Assembly: GCA_963833425.1 (NCBI GenBank)
Contig: CAWHXP010000003.1
Location: 480,001-544,000 of the forward strand
DNA: 64,000 bases
Direction of reading: 5' to 3'
Origin: an uncultured Methanosarcinaceae archaeon
GTDB taxonomy: Archaea; Halobacteriota; Methanosarcinia; Methanosarcinales; Methanosarcinaceae
Numbering within the stretch: position 1 is the first letter of the stretch; each line of letters begins with the position of its first letter. The notes under the pieces are model-generated. The model did no database searches and was not told the DNA's origin. It saw only the letters and a list, made by a program, of their open reading frames with translations. This document shows positions 34,701-45,029 of this stretch, one piece after another. Both the position numbers and the translations under genes were made by a program.

Positions 34701-34789
34701 TCTGTAGTATGCAAATGCTTCTCTTCTGAATTTTCCATTTTATCCATGTTTTTATTTTTCTTTTTGACTATATGGTCACATCCTTTCAT
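31707..34789 (-). CDS. CheB-CheR-PAS-coiled-coil-PAS fusion with a 1-nt frameshift near 31870
   Basis: GIGASAGG, VQHL, ILSGTGSDG (CheB); TSFFRE, WVPGCSTGEEAYS, ATDID, SCRNVMIY (CheR); NEELQSTNEEL coil; PAC strand VLEPYRTQRLAKDGRIVEVWLT continues in another frame to TAA at 31707. Confidence 0.88.
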
Positions 34790-35061
34790 GTCTACTTGAA
34801 TCGTTTAATTCCTTTGGTACTAGAAATATATTTCAAATAATTATAAGAAACTACTGTTTTTCAAGATATTGTTAACACTTATGATATTTTCTAAAAACAA
34901 TGATAGTACACCATTAATGTTGAAGTCTTAATTATTAAGTTCTCATTGTAATAAATACTACATTTTTATTCATTGTAGCATGTCTGCCTGTGTCTTACAG
35001 AAAGCAGAATAAAAAAGGCTTTGATAAGGAAAATTCTGCCGTAAATATTTCAATTTTTATT

Positions 35062-35086
35062 TATTCTATTCTATTCTATTCTATTC
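35062..35086. repeat. (TATTC)5 microsatellite
   Basis: Five perfect units read directly. Confidence 0.9.
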
Positions 35087-35322
35087 CTGTTTTATGTTGT
35101 AAACACTAAGTCTACCCTTTCGTATCTCAACAAAGACCCAGCTTTTCTGTGATGTTCTCCTTGATTGACTAAGCAACCCGTGATCTGCAAGCAAGTATAC
35201 ACCACCTTTACCACTCCATCATCAACACTTATTTTAAGGATAAGGCTCATGCGAATAATTTCAAGGCCTTTTAGTTCATAAAGTGCTTGATCATGCTCCG
35301 GATAACTTCTTTGGTTATTTAA

Positions 35323-35933
35323 TTCGAATGCCCCGCAGCTTGCTCCGGGGATGGAAACTTCCCCGGTAACCGTGGTAAATAACTGATTTATATTTTTAAT
35401 CACCTTTTGTCGTAGATGGAATTAAGACATGCAAACCAATGTGTCTATAATATCAGATATCACATTGTTTTTTTGTATGAAATACCGTAAAAACCTTTTA
35501 AATTATGACGCAGTTAATTTTTTAAAAAATGTATTCTCTGAGGTTGATGAAAGATACTCTTTTGAATTTGATGCAATTGGCTGCGACGGTAACCACGTAC
35601 ACCTTTTTGTTGGAGCTGAGCCAAAGTTTTCATCCTCAAGAGTGATGACATTATTAAAAGCTAACTGCTAGAAAAATCTTCAAAAAATATCCTGAAATTA
35701 AAAAACAGCTTTGGGATAGAGAACTATGGATTAATAATGGATATATTGGAATAGTTAGAGACGGAACTACTTCCGATATTATAACAAATTATGTTCAGAA
35801 GCCAGGAGATCAGGAAGAAAAGCAAGCAATAGGCAAATGAAAATAATTGATTTTCAGTAAAAAACTACATCAAGAACGCTGGCGCGAACATACCCAGTTG
35901 CTTGCAGCGGGGTGAATCAGCGCAATTTTAATT
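35323..35933 (+). mobile_element. tnpA: IS200-family element with frameshifted TnpA (Y1) and end hairpins
   Basis: FCMKYRK, DGNHVHLFV (HUH), KKYPEIKKQLW..ELW, NYVQ; ends GCCCCGCAGCTTGCTCCGGGG and ACCCAGTTGCTTGCAGCGGGGT; no tnpB. Confidence 0.85.
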
Positions 35934-36193
35934 ATTTTACATAACTTTTATGACAATGCTGAAAAATTCGATGTTGTTGGATGTAATCAACAAGTGATTT
36001 TTGGGATTTTAGTCATGATTTATTGATAAAGCATCTACCTGTTATAATTAGAAATACACCAGATATGAAGGCCTAATACGCATTAAAATACAGGTAAAGT
36101 AGATTCACAATCCATTGTAATAATTGAATTGAATAATATGTTTTAGACATCAAGAGTTTTTTCAAAAGACCATAGGCAATTTTGAGCTTATAT

Positions 36194-36275
36194 CAAACTT
36201 GTGCAAAAAAACATATCTAAAAAATGAAGTTCATTCTATTCTTCCCTGTTAAATGTTACAAATTAAAGGACTTTG
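36194..36275. repeat. ~80 bp dispersed repeat (second copy 55274-55355)
   Basis: CAAACTTGT.CAAAAA...AAAAATGAAGT...TTAAATGTT.CA shared by both loci. Confidence 0.6.
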
Positions 36276-36413
36276 TAATATTAAGTTGGATTTTAGATAA
36301 TTATCGGTTTAATGCTGTTGATTTTTCATTCAAAGACGCAAATTCTAATAAAAATAAAAACTAAATACCTGAACAAATAGGTACGATTTTAAAAGATAAA
36401 TGGAGGTTATGTC

Positions 36414-37937
36414 ATTCTTGAAAATATAGACCTATTGCTGTCAGTAAATAACGATGAGTATAAAGAAAGTATGAAAATACTTGAGGATAAGCTCGGTGAG
36501 CTCCAACGTGAGGCTTGGAAATTGAATATCCCCATTATTTTTGTGTTCGAAGGCTGGCACACATCGGGTATGGGAGAGGACATCAACCGTTTCATATTGC
36601 CTTTGGACCCGAGGGGATACGATTTTCACACAATGACTTTTGACTGCCACGAAGATGCGCTCAAACCTTTCCTTCTACACTTTTGGAATCTTACCTCGGT
36701 AAGAGGTAAAATTGCAATCTTTGATCGGAGCTGGTATAGCAGGACAATCATAAAACATTTCAGGAAAACAAAATCCAAAGAAAAACATGATAAATGCTTG
36801 GAAAAAATAAATTGTTTCGAACGCCAGCTTTCAGATGATGGATACCTTATACTAAAGTTTTTCCTCCATATAAGTGAAAAAGAGCAAGAAAATCGTTTCC
36901 AAGAAATCAAGAAAAAAGGTACCCCCCTACTACTTTATGAATACGAACAGAAAAAAGAAACGGATAATGGAAAGGAACTGGATTTCATTCATGAATATGA
37001 TGAGTACCTTCCAATTATAGAAAAAGTGCTTGAAAAAACAGACATGCCGTATGCCCCATGGACTATAGTGGGGGCAAATGACAGAAACTTTTCAACCCTC
37101 AAGATTATAACTACTGCAATTCAGACCATAGAAACTCATATTGAGCATATGACCCGTACTCCAGGACAGCATATAATTAAATCTCTGGATAGAGAAATAT
37201 CACAGCTCTCCGAACTTAGTATCTCTGTCTTGGATAAAGTCAATCTGTCAAAAACTATCTCCTCTCAGGAATACAAAGAATCCAAAAAGCTTTACCAGCA
37301 GAAGCTTGAAACCTTACAGTACGAACTTTTCAGGAAAAAGCGTTCCATAGTTATAATATTTGAAGGCTGGGACGCAGCCGGCAAGGGGGGAGACATCCAC
37401 CGACTGGTTAAAGTGCTGAACTCCAGGATCTACAGAGTGGTACCCGTGGGTCCACCAAATGATAATGAAAAAGCTCATCATTACCTATGGCGATTCTGTG
37501 AAGGAATCCCTAAAACAGGGCACATAACAATTTTCGATAGGAGCTGGTATGGCAGGATTCTGGTAGAAAGAGTAGAGCTGATTTGCAGTGAAGAAGAATG
37601 GAAACGCGCTTATAGGGAAATAAACGAATTTGAAAATATTATTACAGGAACCGGAGCGATTATTCTCAAATTCTGGCTTCAAGTCGATAAGGATACTCAG
37701 TTAGAACGTTTCAAAAGTAGGCAGAATGATCCTGAAAAAAGATGGAAAATAACAGATGAAGACTGGCGAAATCGGAGCAAATGGGAAGAATATGCAATTG
37801 CTGTTGACGAGATGCTTCAGAAAACAAGCACAATAAATGCTCAGTGGACTGTTGTAGAATCAAATGATAAGCGCTATTCCAGAATAAAAATCCTTAAAAC
37901 AGTTATTGAAACACTTGAGAAAGAACTGAGAATATGA
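36414..37937 (+). CDS. pap: Polyphosphate:AMP phosphotransferase (two-domain PPK2)
   Basis: Two PPK2 domains: EGWHTSGMG/FDRSWY and EGWDAAGKGG/FDRSWYGR, KRWKITDEDW; expected start position reads ATT at 36414, first TTG at 36435. Confidence 0.88.
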   Translation: MLENIDLLLSVNNDEYKESMKILEDKLGELQREAWKLNIPIIFVFEGWHTSGMGEDINRFILPLDPRGYDFHTMTFDCHEDALKPFLLHFWNLTSVRGKIAIFDRSWYSRTIIKHFRKTKSKEKHDKCLEKINCFERQLSDDGYLILKFFLHISEKEQENRFQEIKKKGTPLLLYEYEQKKETDNGKELDFIHEYDEYLPIIEKVLEKTDMPYAPWTIVGANDRNFSTLKIITTAIQTIETHIEHMTRTPGQHIIKSLDREISQLSELSISVLDKVNLSKTISSQEYKESKKLYQQKLETLQYELFRKKRSIVIIFEGWDAAGKGGDIHRLVKVLNSRIYRVVPVGPPNDNEKAHHYLWRFCEGIPKTGHITIFDRSWYGRILVERVELICSEEEWKRAYREINEFENIITGTGAIILKFWLQVDKDTQLERFKSRQNDPEKRWKITDEDWRNRSKWEEYAIAVDEMLQKTSTINAQWTVVESNDKRYSRIKILKTVIETLEKELRI

Positions 37938-38710
37938 TATTCAAATGAGTTCTCATTGGTCATCGATTAAGGAATTTTCTTGTATGAAGACTATTGATTT
38001 TGTTGCAAAAATTGGCTTCACAGTTAAGCCTTTTTATCTAAAATTAAACATTTCCCAGTAAACTGTTTATTTAAATTTGGGATATATGTCTTGAAAATGA
38101 ATATAATTTATCATGATTCCTCACTTAACCGAAGACTCATGAAATGTTTTTATATTCATATCTTCCGCATGGATTTTATAGCTTTATGGAATTTACATTC
38201 TGTTCATCATTCGATAATGGCAGTAAGTTCTTGAAAATAGCAAGCACAAAAATCTATCTATATTTTCCAAAAGATGGTGGACATAATCATTTTTTATATT
38301 TGTTCAACGACCATGGATATACCCACATATTTAATATTTTATATTTTAGTCATATGGTGTTGATGACAGCTCTTATCAGCCTTTATAAATCTATAACTTG
38401 ATCTAAGATTACAATGGATTGCTTTTTTAGGAAAAAGCTCAATGGTAAATTTCATACAATATTCGATATTCAGTAGTGCCCAATTAGCTAGTTGATATCT
38501 TCAGGATTAAGTTTCCAATTAGAAACGATCGCATTTTCATGTATTGGAGCATAATCTACTAAAACCACCAAATTGCAGAACACAAAATAGATGAGATGAC
38601 TCTCAACTCATTTGTCGAAATACCATTTAATAAAAGAGAAAATTCATCTCATTGTCTAAATAATAGATTTTCTAGAGAGTCGTGAATTAATTGAAATATC
38701 TATAGAAATC

Positions 38711-39749
38711 AGAGAATTTCAATGAACTTCCAATTTTCACGAGTTTTCCATATAGCATTATATAAGCGTCTGGAAAAGTTTAGGTGTTTATTGAAATTTT
38801 TTTTAGACTACAGAGAAAAACCGTTTCAGGAGGGATACCTGAAACTAATGTCATTGTGATATTCAAAATGCTTGTTTTACAACAATGGCATGGTCTCTCT
38901 GATTTTGAACTTGAGAAACAGTGTATAGATCGAATTTCTTTTAGGAAATTCCTTGGATTTCTGGAATACGTATCTGACAGTACTACTGTATGGCTATTTA
39001 GGGAGAGAATTATCGAGAATTTCAAAGAAAATATGGGGAAAGTTGCAAAGCCAACTTGCTGCTCTGGGTTTACAGATAAAGCAGGGAATGATTCAGGATG
39101 CTACTTTTATCCATTCAGATCCAGGACATGCAAAAGCAGAGAGATGAGGCAAAAACAAGAAGAAGCAGAGAAGGAACATGGACAAAGAAGGAAGATAAGT
39201 CTCACTTTGGATATAAGCTTCATAATATAATAGACAGAGATTATGAGCTAATCAGAAGATTCAAAACAACAACTGCGTCAGTACATGATTCGTATGTAGA
39301 TTTGACAGAGGAAAATGAAGTGGTTTATAGGGACAGAGGATACTTTGGAGCAAAAACGAAAGGGTATAATGCAACAATGAAAAGAGCAGTCAAAGGACAT
39401 ACGCTAGGAATAAAGGATTTATTAAGAAATAAGAGAATTAGCTCAAAAAGAGTCCCAGGGGAAAGAGTTTATTCGGTAACGAATGAAATTTTCAAAGCAG
39501 GAAGAGTTTTTGTTACTATTGTTAAAAGAGTAAATCTAAAAATGTTGTTTACGGCTTTTTGTTATAATCTCCATCAATTGAGGAAATTGAAAATAAAAAA
39601 AGTATATTGAAGATAGCGGAAGCTATCTTTAAAATCAAAGAATTGAGAATAAGTAAAGCCAAAAAGAGGAATTAAATAGAGAAATTTAGGGGAAAATCTG
39701 AGAAATTCCTGCTAAGAAATAAAATCCGAAATTTATCGAAATTCTCTAA
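38711..39749 (+). mobile_element. IS5-family element, transposase frameshifted, 5' part replaced by a MITE (38711-38805)
   Basis: FKMLVLQQWHGLSDFELEKQCIDRISFRKFLG, IQDATFIHSDPG, SHFGYKLH, VHDS, YRDRGY, R...ERV; right TIR TTTATCGAAATTCTCT. Confidence 0.88.
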
Positions 39750-39865
39750 AATACATTTTAAGTTAAAAACCGAAAAGTTGCTGTATTTCTCTCGAGAATA
39801 ATAAAAATAAATGAGAATTAAATTACCATTTAATATACAAATAGGATTTATTTGATCTATTTAGA

Positions 39866-40303
39866 TTAATTACCGTTACCTTCCCAAGCTGGATTAATTT
39901 TAATTTCTTTTTCATATGCTGCTTTTGCTTCATCGTATCTATTTGAATTCACCAGATCAACTCCTCTATTGGTCCAAGCGTCAAAATACTGCGGATCAAT
40001 TTCAATTGCTTTGTCATATGCTTTTATTGCTTCATCGTACTTGCCTAATTCATCTAGGACAATTCCTTTACCATTCCAAGCACTTGCATCCTGTGGGTTA
40101 ATTTTAATTGCTTTGTCATAGATGTTTATTGCATCCATGTACTTACCTGAGCTGGTTAGAACACTTCCTTCTCGGACCAAATCATTTGAAGATTGCGCTG
40201 CGACTGCGATATTCACTAGCATTAATAGCAACAGTGAAGCGAGTTCTAAAATCGTTATGATTGTACGCTTTCTATTTGCTCTTTCACATTTAGCTTCGTT
40301 CAT
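39866..40303 (-). CDS. Short secreted TPR protein
   Basis: Signal-like LLLLMLVNIAVAA; about three AW..KG..L....YDEAI.AYDKAIEI.P repeats. Confidence 0.8.
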   Translation of the reverse strand: MNEAKCERANRKRTIITILELASLLLLMLVNIAVAAQSSNDLVREGSVLTSSGKYMDAINIYDKAIKINPQDASAWNGKGIVLDELGKYDEAIKAYDKAIEIDPQYFDAWTNRGVDLVNSNRYDEAKAAYEKEIKINPAWEGNGN

Positions 40304-40815
40304 TTTCGATCTCTCGATGTTTGTTTAGATATAATACTTAAAGATAATTACAAAAACACAAATGAATAATACTTCGTTCTACAAAGTAAACTTTTCTACT
40401 CAAAAAATATATTTTTAATTAATTAAAATCATTTTCACTTTACTTTTGTTGTCAAACTTTTAGAATTTTTAATAATACCATCAGTACAACAATTTTTTAG
40501 CTGGCAAAATAGCTATTTGAAAAAAATCAGAAACCTTATACCCTTTTTGGTTTTAAATTGGTTGCAGTTAATTGCTAGTAAATTAATGGTAAATTTTGGC
40601 AATAGCAGAAGTACAAAAAACCAAAATAATGAAAGTACTTTTGATTAGCTAACTGTTGATTCAGCATCCTTTTTATGAAGTGAATGAAAAGAATACAGAA
40701 TAAGTTAGACTTTACAGAATTTCCGGTACAGTATCATAAAAAATAAATGAAAGTTAAATAACTATTGACCTACAAATTGGATTTATTTAATTTATTAAAG
40801 CATTCTTTTATTGTC

Positions 40816-42372
40816 CTAAGCATCTGAATTCCCCGGGCTAATCTCAATTGCTTTGTCGTAGGCCTTTATCGCTTCATCGGATTTATTTAATTCATCTAGA
40901 AGAAGTCCTTTGCCTGTCCAAGCATCTGAATCTTTTGGGTTAATTTCAATTGCTTTGTCAAATGCTTTCATTGCTGTATCTGATTTATTTAATTTATATA
41001 GAGCAAATCCTTTATTTTTCCAAAAATCTGAATCTTTTGGGTTAATTTCAATTGCTTTGTCCAGCGCTTTTAGGCCTTCATCGAATTTACCTAATTTGCA
41101 AAGAATGTTACCTTTATTGTACCAAGCTATTGAATACTGTGGGTTAATTTCAATTGCTCTGTCATATGCTGCTATTGCTTCATCAGATTTACTTAGGTCA
41201 GATAGAGCATTTCCTTTGTTGTTCCAAGTCACTGAATCCTGTGGGTTAATTTCAATAGCTTTGTCATATGCTTTTATTGCTTCATCGAATTTATTGAATT
41301 TACAAAGAGCAAAACCTTTATTGTTCCAAGCCATTGAATTCTGCGGGTTAATTTCAATTGCTTTGTCATATGCTTTTATTGCTTCATCTGATTTACTTAG
41401 GTCAGATAGAACATTTCCTTTATTGTACCAAGCCATTGAATTTTGGGGATTAATTTCAATTGCTTTATCAAATGCTTTTATCGCTTCATTGGATTTATTT
41501 AATTTATGCAGAGCATAGCCTTTGCAGTTCCAAGTTTCTGAATCGTGCGGGTTAATTTCAAGTGCTCTGTCAAATGCATTTAATGCTTCATCGGATTTAT
41601 TTAAGTTATCTAGAGATTTTCCTTTATTGTACCAAGCCACCGAATTTTGGGGATTAATTTCAATTGCTTTTTCATAAGCTTTTATCGCTTCATCGAATTT
41701 ATTAAGTTTATTTAAAGCATTTCCTTTATTGGCCCATGTATTTGAAAGAGGGTTAATTTCAATCGCTTTGTCATATGTTTTGCTTGCTTCATCAAATTTA
41801 TTTAATTTATATAGCGCAATTCCTTTATTATACAAAGCATCTGGATCCTGTGGGTTAATTTCAATTGCTTTGTCCAGCGCTTTTAGGCCTTCATCGAATT
41901 TACCTAATTTGCAAAGAATGTTACCTTTATTGTACCAAGCTATTGAATACTGTGGGTTAATTTCAATTGCTCTGTCATATGCTGCTATTGCTTCATCAGA
42001 TTTACTTAGGTCAGATAGAGCATTTCCTTTGTTGTTCCAAGTCACTGAATCCTGTGGGTTAATTTCAATAGCTTTGTCATATGCTTTTATTGCTTCATCG
42101 AATTTATTGAATTTACAAAGAGCAAAACCTTTATTGTTCCAAGCCATTGAATTCTGCGGGTTAATTTCAATTGCTTTGTCATATGCTTTTATTGCTTCAT
42201 CGGATTTATTTAGATCAGAAAGAGCGTTTCCGTTATTGATCCAAGTCAATGAATCATGCGGGTTTTCTGATATAGCAGCAGCACTTCCTAATGTGAAAAT
42301 GGGTATTCTAAAACTTGTCGATGTAAATTGACTACGGGTAATTTTCGTCATCCTTTTCTCCATATGTTCCAA
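40816..42372 (-). CDS. TPR-repeat protein (~14 repeats) with internal exact duplication; ends in TAG
   Basis: 34-aa repeats AW.NKG.AL..L.K.DEAIKAYDKAIEINP. Confidence 0.88.
   Translation of the reverse strand: MEHMEKRMTKITRSQFTSTSFRIPIFTLGSAAAISENPHDSLTWINNGNALSDLNKSDEAIKAYDKAIEINPQNSMAWNNKGFALCKFNKFDEAIKAYDKAIEINPQDSVTWNNKGNALSDLSKSDEAIAAYDRAIEINPQYSIAWYNKGNILCKLGKFDEGLKALDKAIEINPQDPDALYNKGIALYKLNKFDEASKTYDKAIEINPLSNTWANKGNALNKLNKFDEAIKAYEKAIEINPQNSVAWYNKGKSLDNLNKSDEALNAFDRALEINPHDSETWNCKGYALHKLNKSNEAIKAFDKAIEINPQNSMAWYNKGNVLSDLSKSDEAIKAYDKAIEINPQNSMAWNNKGFALCKFNKFDEAIKAYDKAIEINPQDSVTWNNKGNALSDLSKSDEAIAAYDRAIEINPQYSIAWYNKGNILCKLGKFDEGLKALDKAIEINPKDSDFWKNKGFALYKLNKSDTAMKAFDKAIEINPKDSDAWTGKGLLLDELNKSDEAIKAYDKAIEISPGNSDA
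41039..42201. repeat. ~350 bp exact direct repeat (41039-41388 and 41852-42201)
   Basis: Identical nucleotide blocks at an offset of 813 bp. Confidence 0.85.
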
Positions 42373-45029
42373 TTTTTATTATTATTGAGCTCATTTTGTT
42401 TTCAGTTGATAACTGTAAAAAAATCCTATTGCAAGTTATAAGCCTGATAATCTTCTGAAAAAGTTCCACTGAAGCGTTAGTTATCTTTTACAAATTTATC
42501 CATCTTGTAGATGGCATGAATATTACATTGAAAGTGTATATATAATATTCAGTATTATATAATTTAAACAATTGTTATAGATAATTCGAAACAATCGAAT
42601 AGCATTCAATTCCTTTTTTGAGAGCGTAACTGGCTTTAAAATTTAAACTTTTATAAATAAAAAAACTTGAAATAAGAAAATTGTCTGGCATTATCTAGCA
42701 GTAGTGATAGAATCGTAATTTTGATTAATTGCAGTTAATACAAGTGGAATTAGTGGCTAAATTCGACAATCTGGACAGTGTGCCAACAGTTCTGTAAAAG
42801 ATGATTGATTCGGTGTATTTTTTTCTCTAATTAAAATAAGAATTTTTTTTTAGCCTGTTAGCAGAACAGCTAAACAGTTCGGAAAAAAATAAGCTAAAAG
42901 CATCGAGTTTATTATCTCACTAACTACACAAACAATAATTTATTATTGTTAATTTCAAGTCGATAAATATTATCTTCACGTATAATTTAAATGGGTCGAT
43001 CACCTAATTTCCAGGGAAATAATGGAATTCCTCAGATAATCGCTATCGATCTATTTTTGAGTCTTTCGTAGCACTTGTCAGTCGATATTTTTTTGTAATT
43101 AATAGGAAGTCAATAGTTTTACTTAAAATATTCTGTTTCTATCGTTTCCATTGAACAAGGACTTTAAAGTAAAAATATATGTACATTCTCAACTTCAACT
43201 TACCATTGTTATTACTGCACTATTACCTAGCTCCCAAACCTAAGAACGTAAGAGAAACTCTACTCATTGATTTTGGACAAGCTTATTATTTTTAATACTT
43301 TTTGCATTTATTGTGGGCTCGTAATCGATAGAAACTTGTATATTCCTATAATCCTATGGAATGGTCGAGTTTTACAGACATATTGTCGAAAATCGGGTTC
43401 TTAGCGAATGACTTTCTACCTAAAATTATAAAGAGCGTATGAAATTAATCGATCTTGCCTCTTTATGAAAAGCATAATATTCAATTTTAAAGACTTCGTA
43501 AATAATAAAAAAATCATTATTAATATTTAATTGTATTTTGATGTGGAAAATATCATGCGGGATTATTTTTGGTTTATAAGCCATTTTTTTCTACGATTAA
43601 TTTCAAATAATTACTACGATAATTGTATATTGCACCACCATATCACATCACGAATAGATAAAAAGAGATCAAGAACAGTAAAATAGAATTGCATGGAGAT
43701 GTTGGTCTTATTTTGAATTAAATATCTCTGTGGTATATATTCGAAGTGGCTGTCTCTGCTCCGATAGCAAAGACAACTTTTCACGCTTTCCTCCAATCTT
43801 TTTAATGCACATAATTTGACGGAGTGCACAGTTTTATGCAAAATCTGCTATGTACCCCTTAATCTTCCGTTTTGATTACTATTCTATTAAATCCGTGCAG
43901 TATGATGAAATATGTGTTGTAAGTCATTTGTATGGGTATCACCTAATAAAGCCAAAAACTTTCCCGAAATTTTTGTTTTATTTTTTTAGTGGTGCTACTA
44001 CTTCAGCTATCCTGATTCATTGTTGTTTAGTAAAGCTAAAAAAAGAGATATAGGTTCGAATCATAGCTTATCGGTTTAAGACTGTAGGGGGTGAATAAAA
44101 AATATATATACAGTATATGTCAACTAACGTTTGTTTGGCGAGTATAACACGAAAAAGTAGCTTTCAGTCTATCAAAAATTGTTAGCTTATATCTATTCTA
44201 GCAGAATAGATATTTCCAATTACTAACCGATGGAAAGTAAAACAGATTACGACTAACAGTCAAATAAAATAAACAAATCTAAATTCGCTGTAAATTCATG
44301 TGAAAAGGCTATTGATCTTCTTTAACCCGGCTGAATAGTTATGGTTTGTATTTAATTTTGAAATGTACATTATTCTGCAATAAATAAAATAGCAAAATTT
44401 TGGTTTTTACTAATTACATTGATTTTATTAAAATGTAGGCTTTCCCATTTGAATAGGTGTAAAGATGATCTCAAATTTTGGTTGAAGCTAAGAGCATGCA
44501 TAGGTTTAAAATAACACAAAAAAAATTGTGCATTTGCTAAGATCGTCCCAGATGCACTTCATGATCAGTATATCCTCACAAAATTGAAGATTTGTAGATT
44601 ATCAAGAGTCAATACTTTCAAAATCATAAGATTGTTTTGGTATGGAAAAAATAGAGAGACTTAAATTTGAAAATCATACACGAATAGTATCATAACTCTA
44701 CAAAATAAAAACTATTCAAAAAAAATGGGCCTTTATATCTTTATTTTGTGTGCTTGCATAAGCCTTTAAGTATCAAAGTATATATAGTATGTAATTAAAT
44801 GTTTATACCCTAATCGAATAACAAAAGGGATAAATTCAAAAAAGGAACATTGTTGAAGCTAAAATAGTTTCAGCTGATGAAGGTATAAAAATAATTGTGA
44901 AATAACCATATTTATCAAAAAAGAGAATGAATAGAGTGCTTGAGAAACTAGTTTCATCATGTACTTTCATATTAAATTTAAAAATAAAAGGTTTTTTTAG
45001 AAAACAAATAATTCTTTGAAGAACTTCTT

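Noticed and set aside
35092..35403. 103-aa minus-strand ORF
   Set aside because: Starts inside the IS200 left end; no recognisable family
40910..42331. 200-aa plus-strand ORFs
   Set aside because: Antisense shadows of the TPR repeats
40816..42372. Diversity-generating retroelement template/variable repeat pair
   Set aside because: Copies are identical rather than differing at adenines, both lie inside the ORF, and no RT is present
43614..44053. Short ORFs / possible transposase relic with a Cys pattern
   Set aside because: No motif recognised with confidence
44050..44070. GGTTCGAATC tRNA T-loop-like motif
   Set aside because: No complete T-stem, acceptor stem or cloverleaf around it
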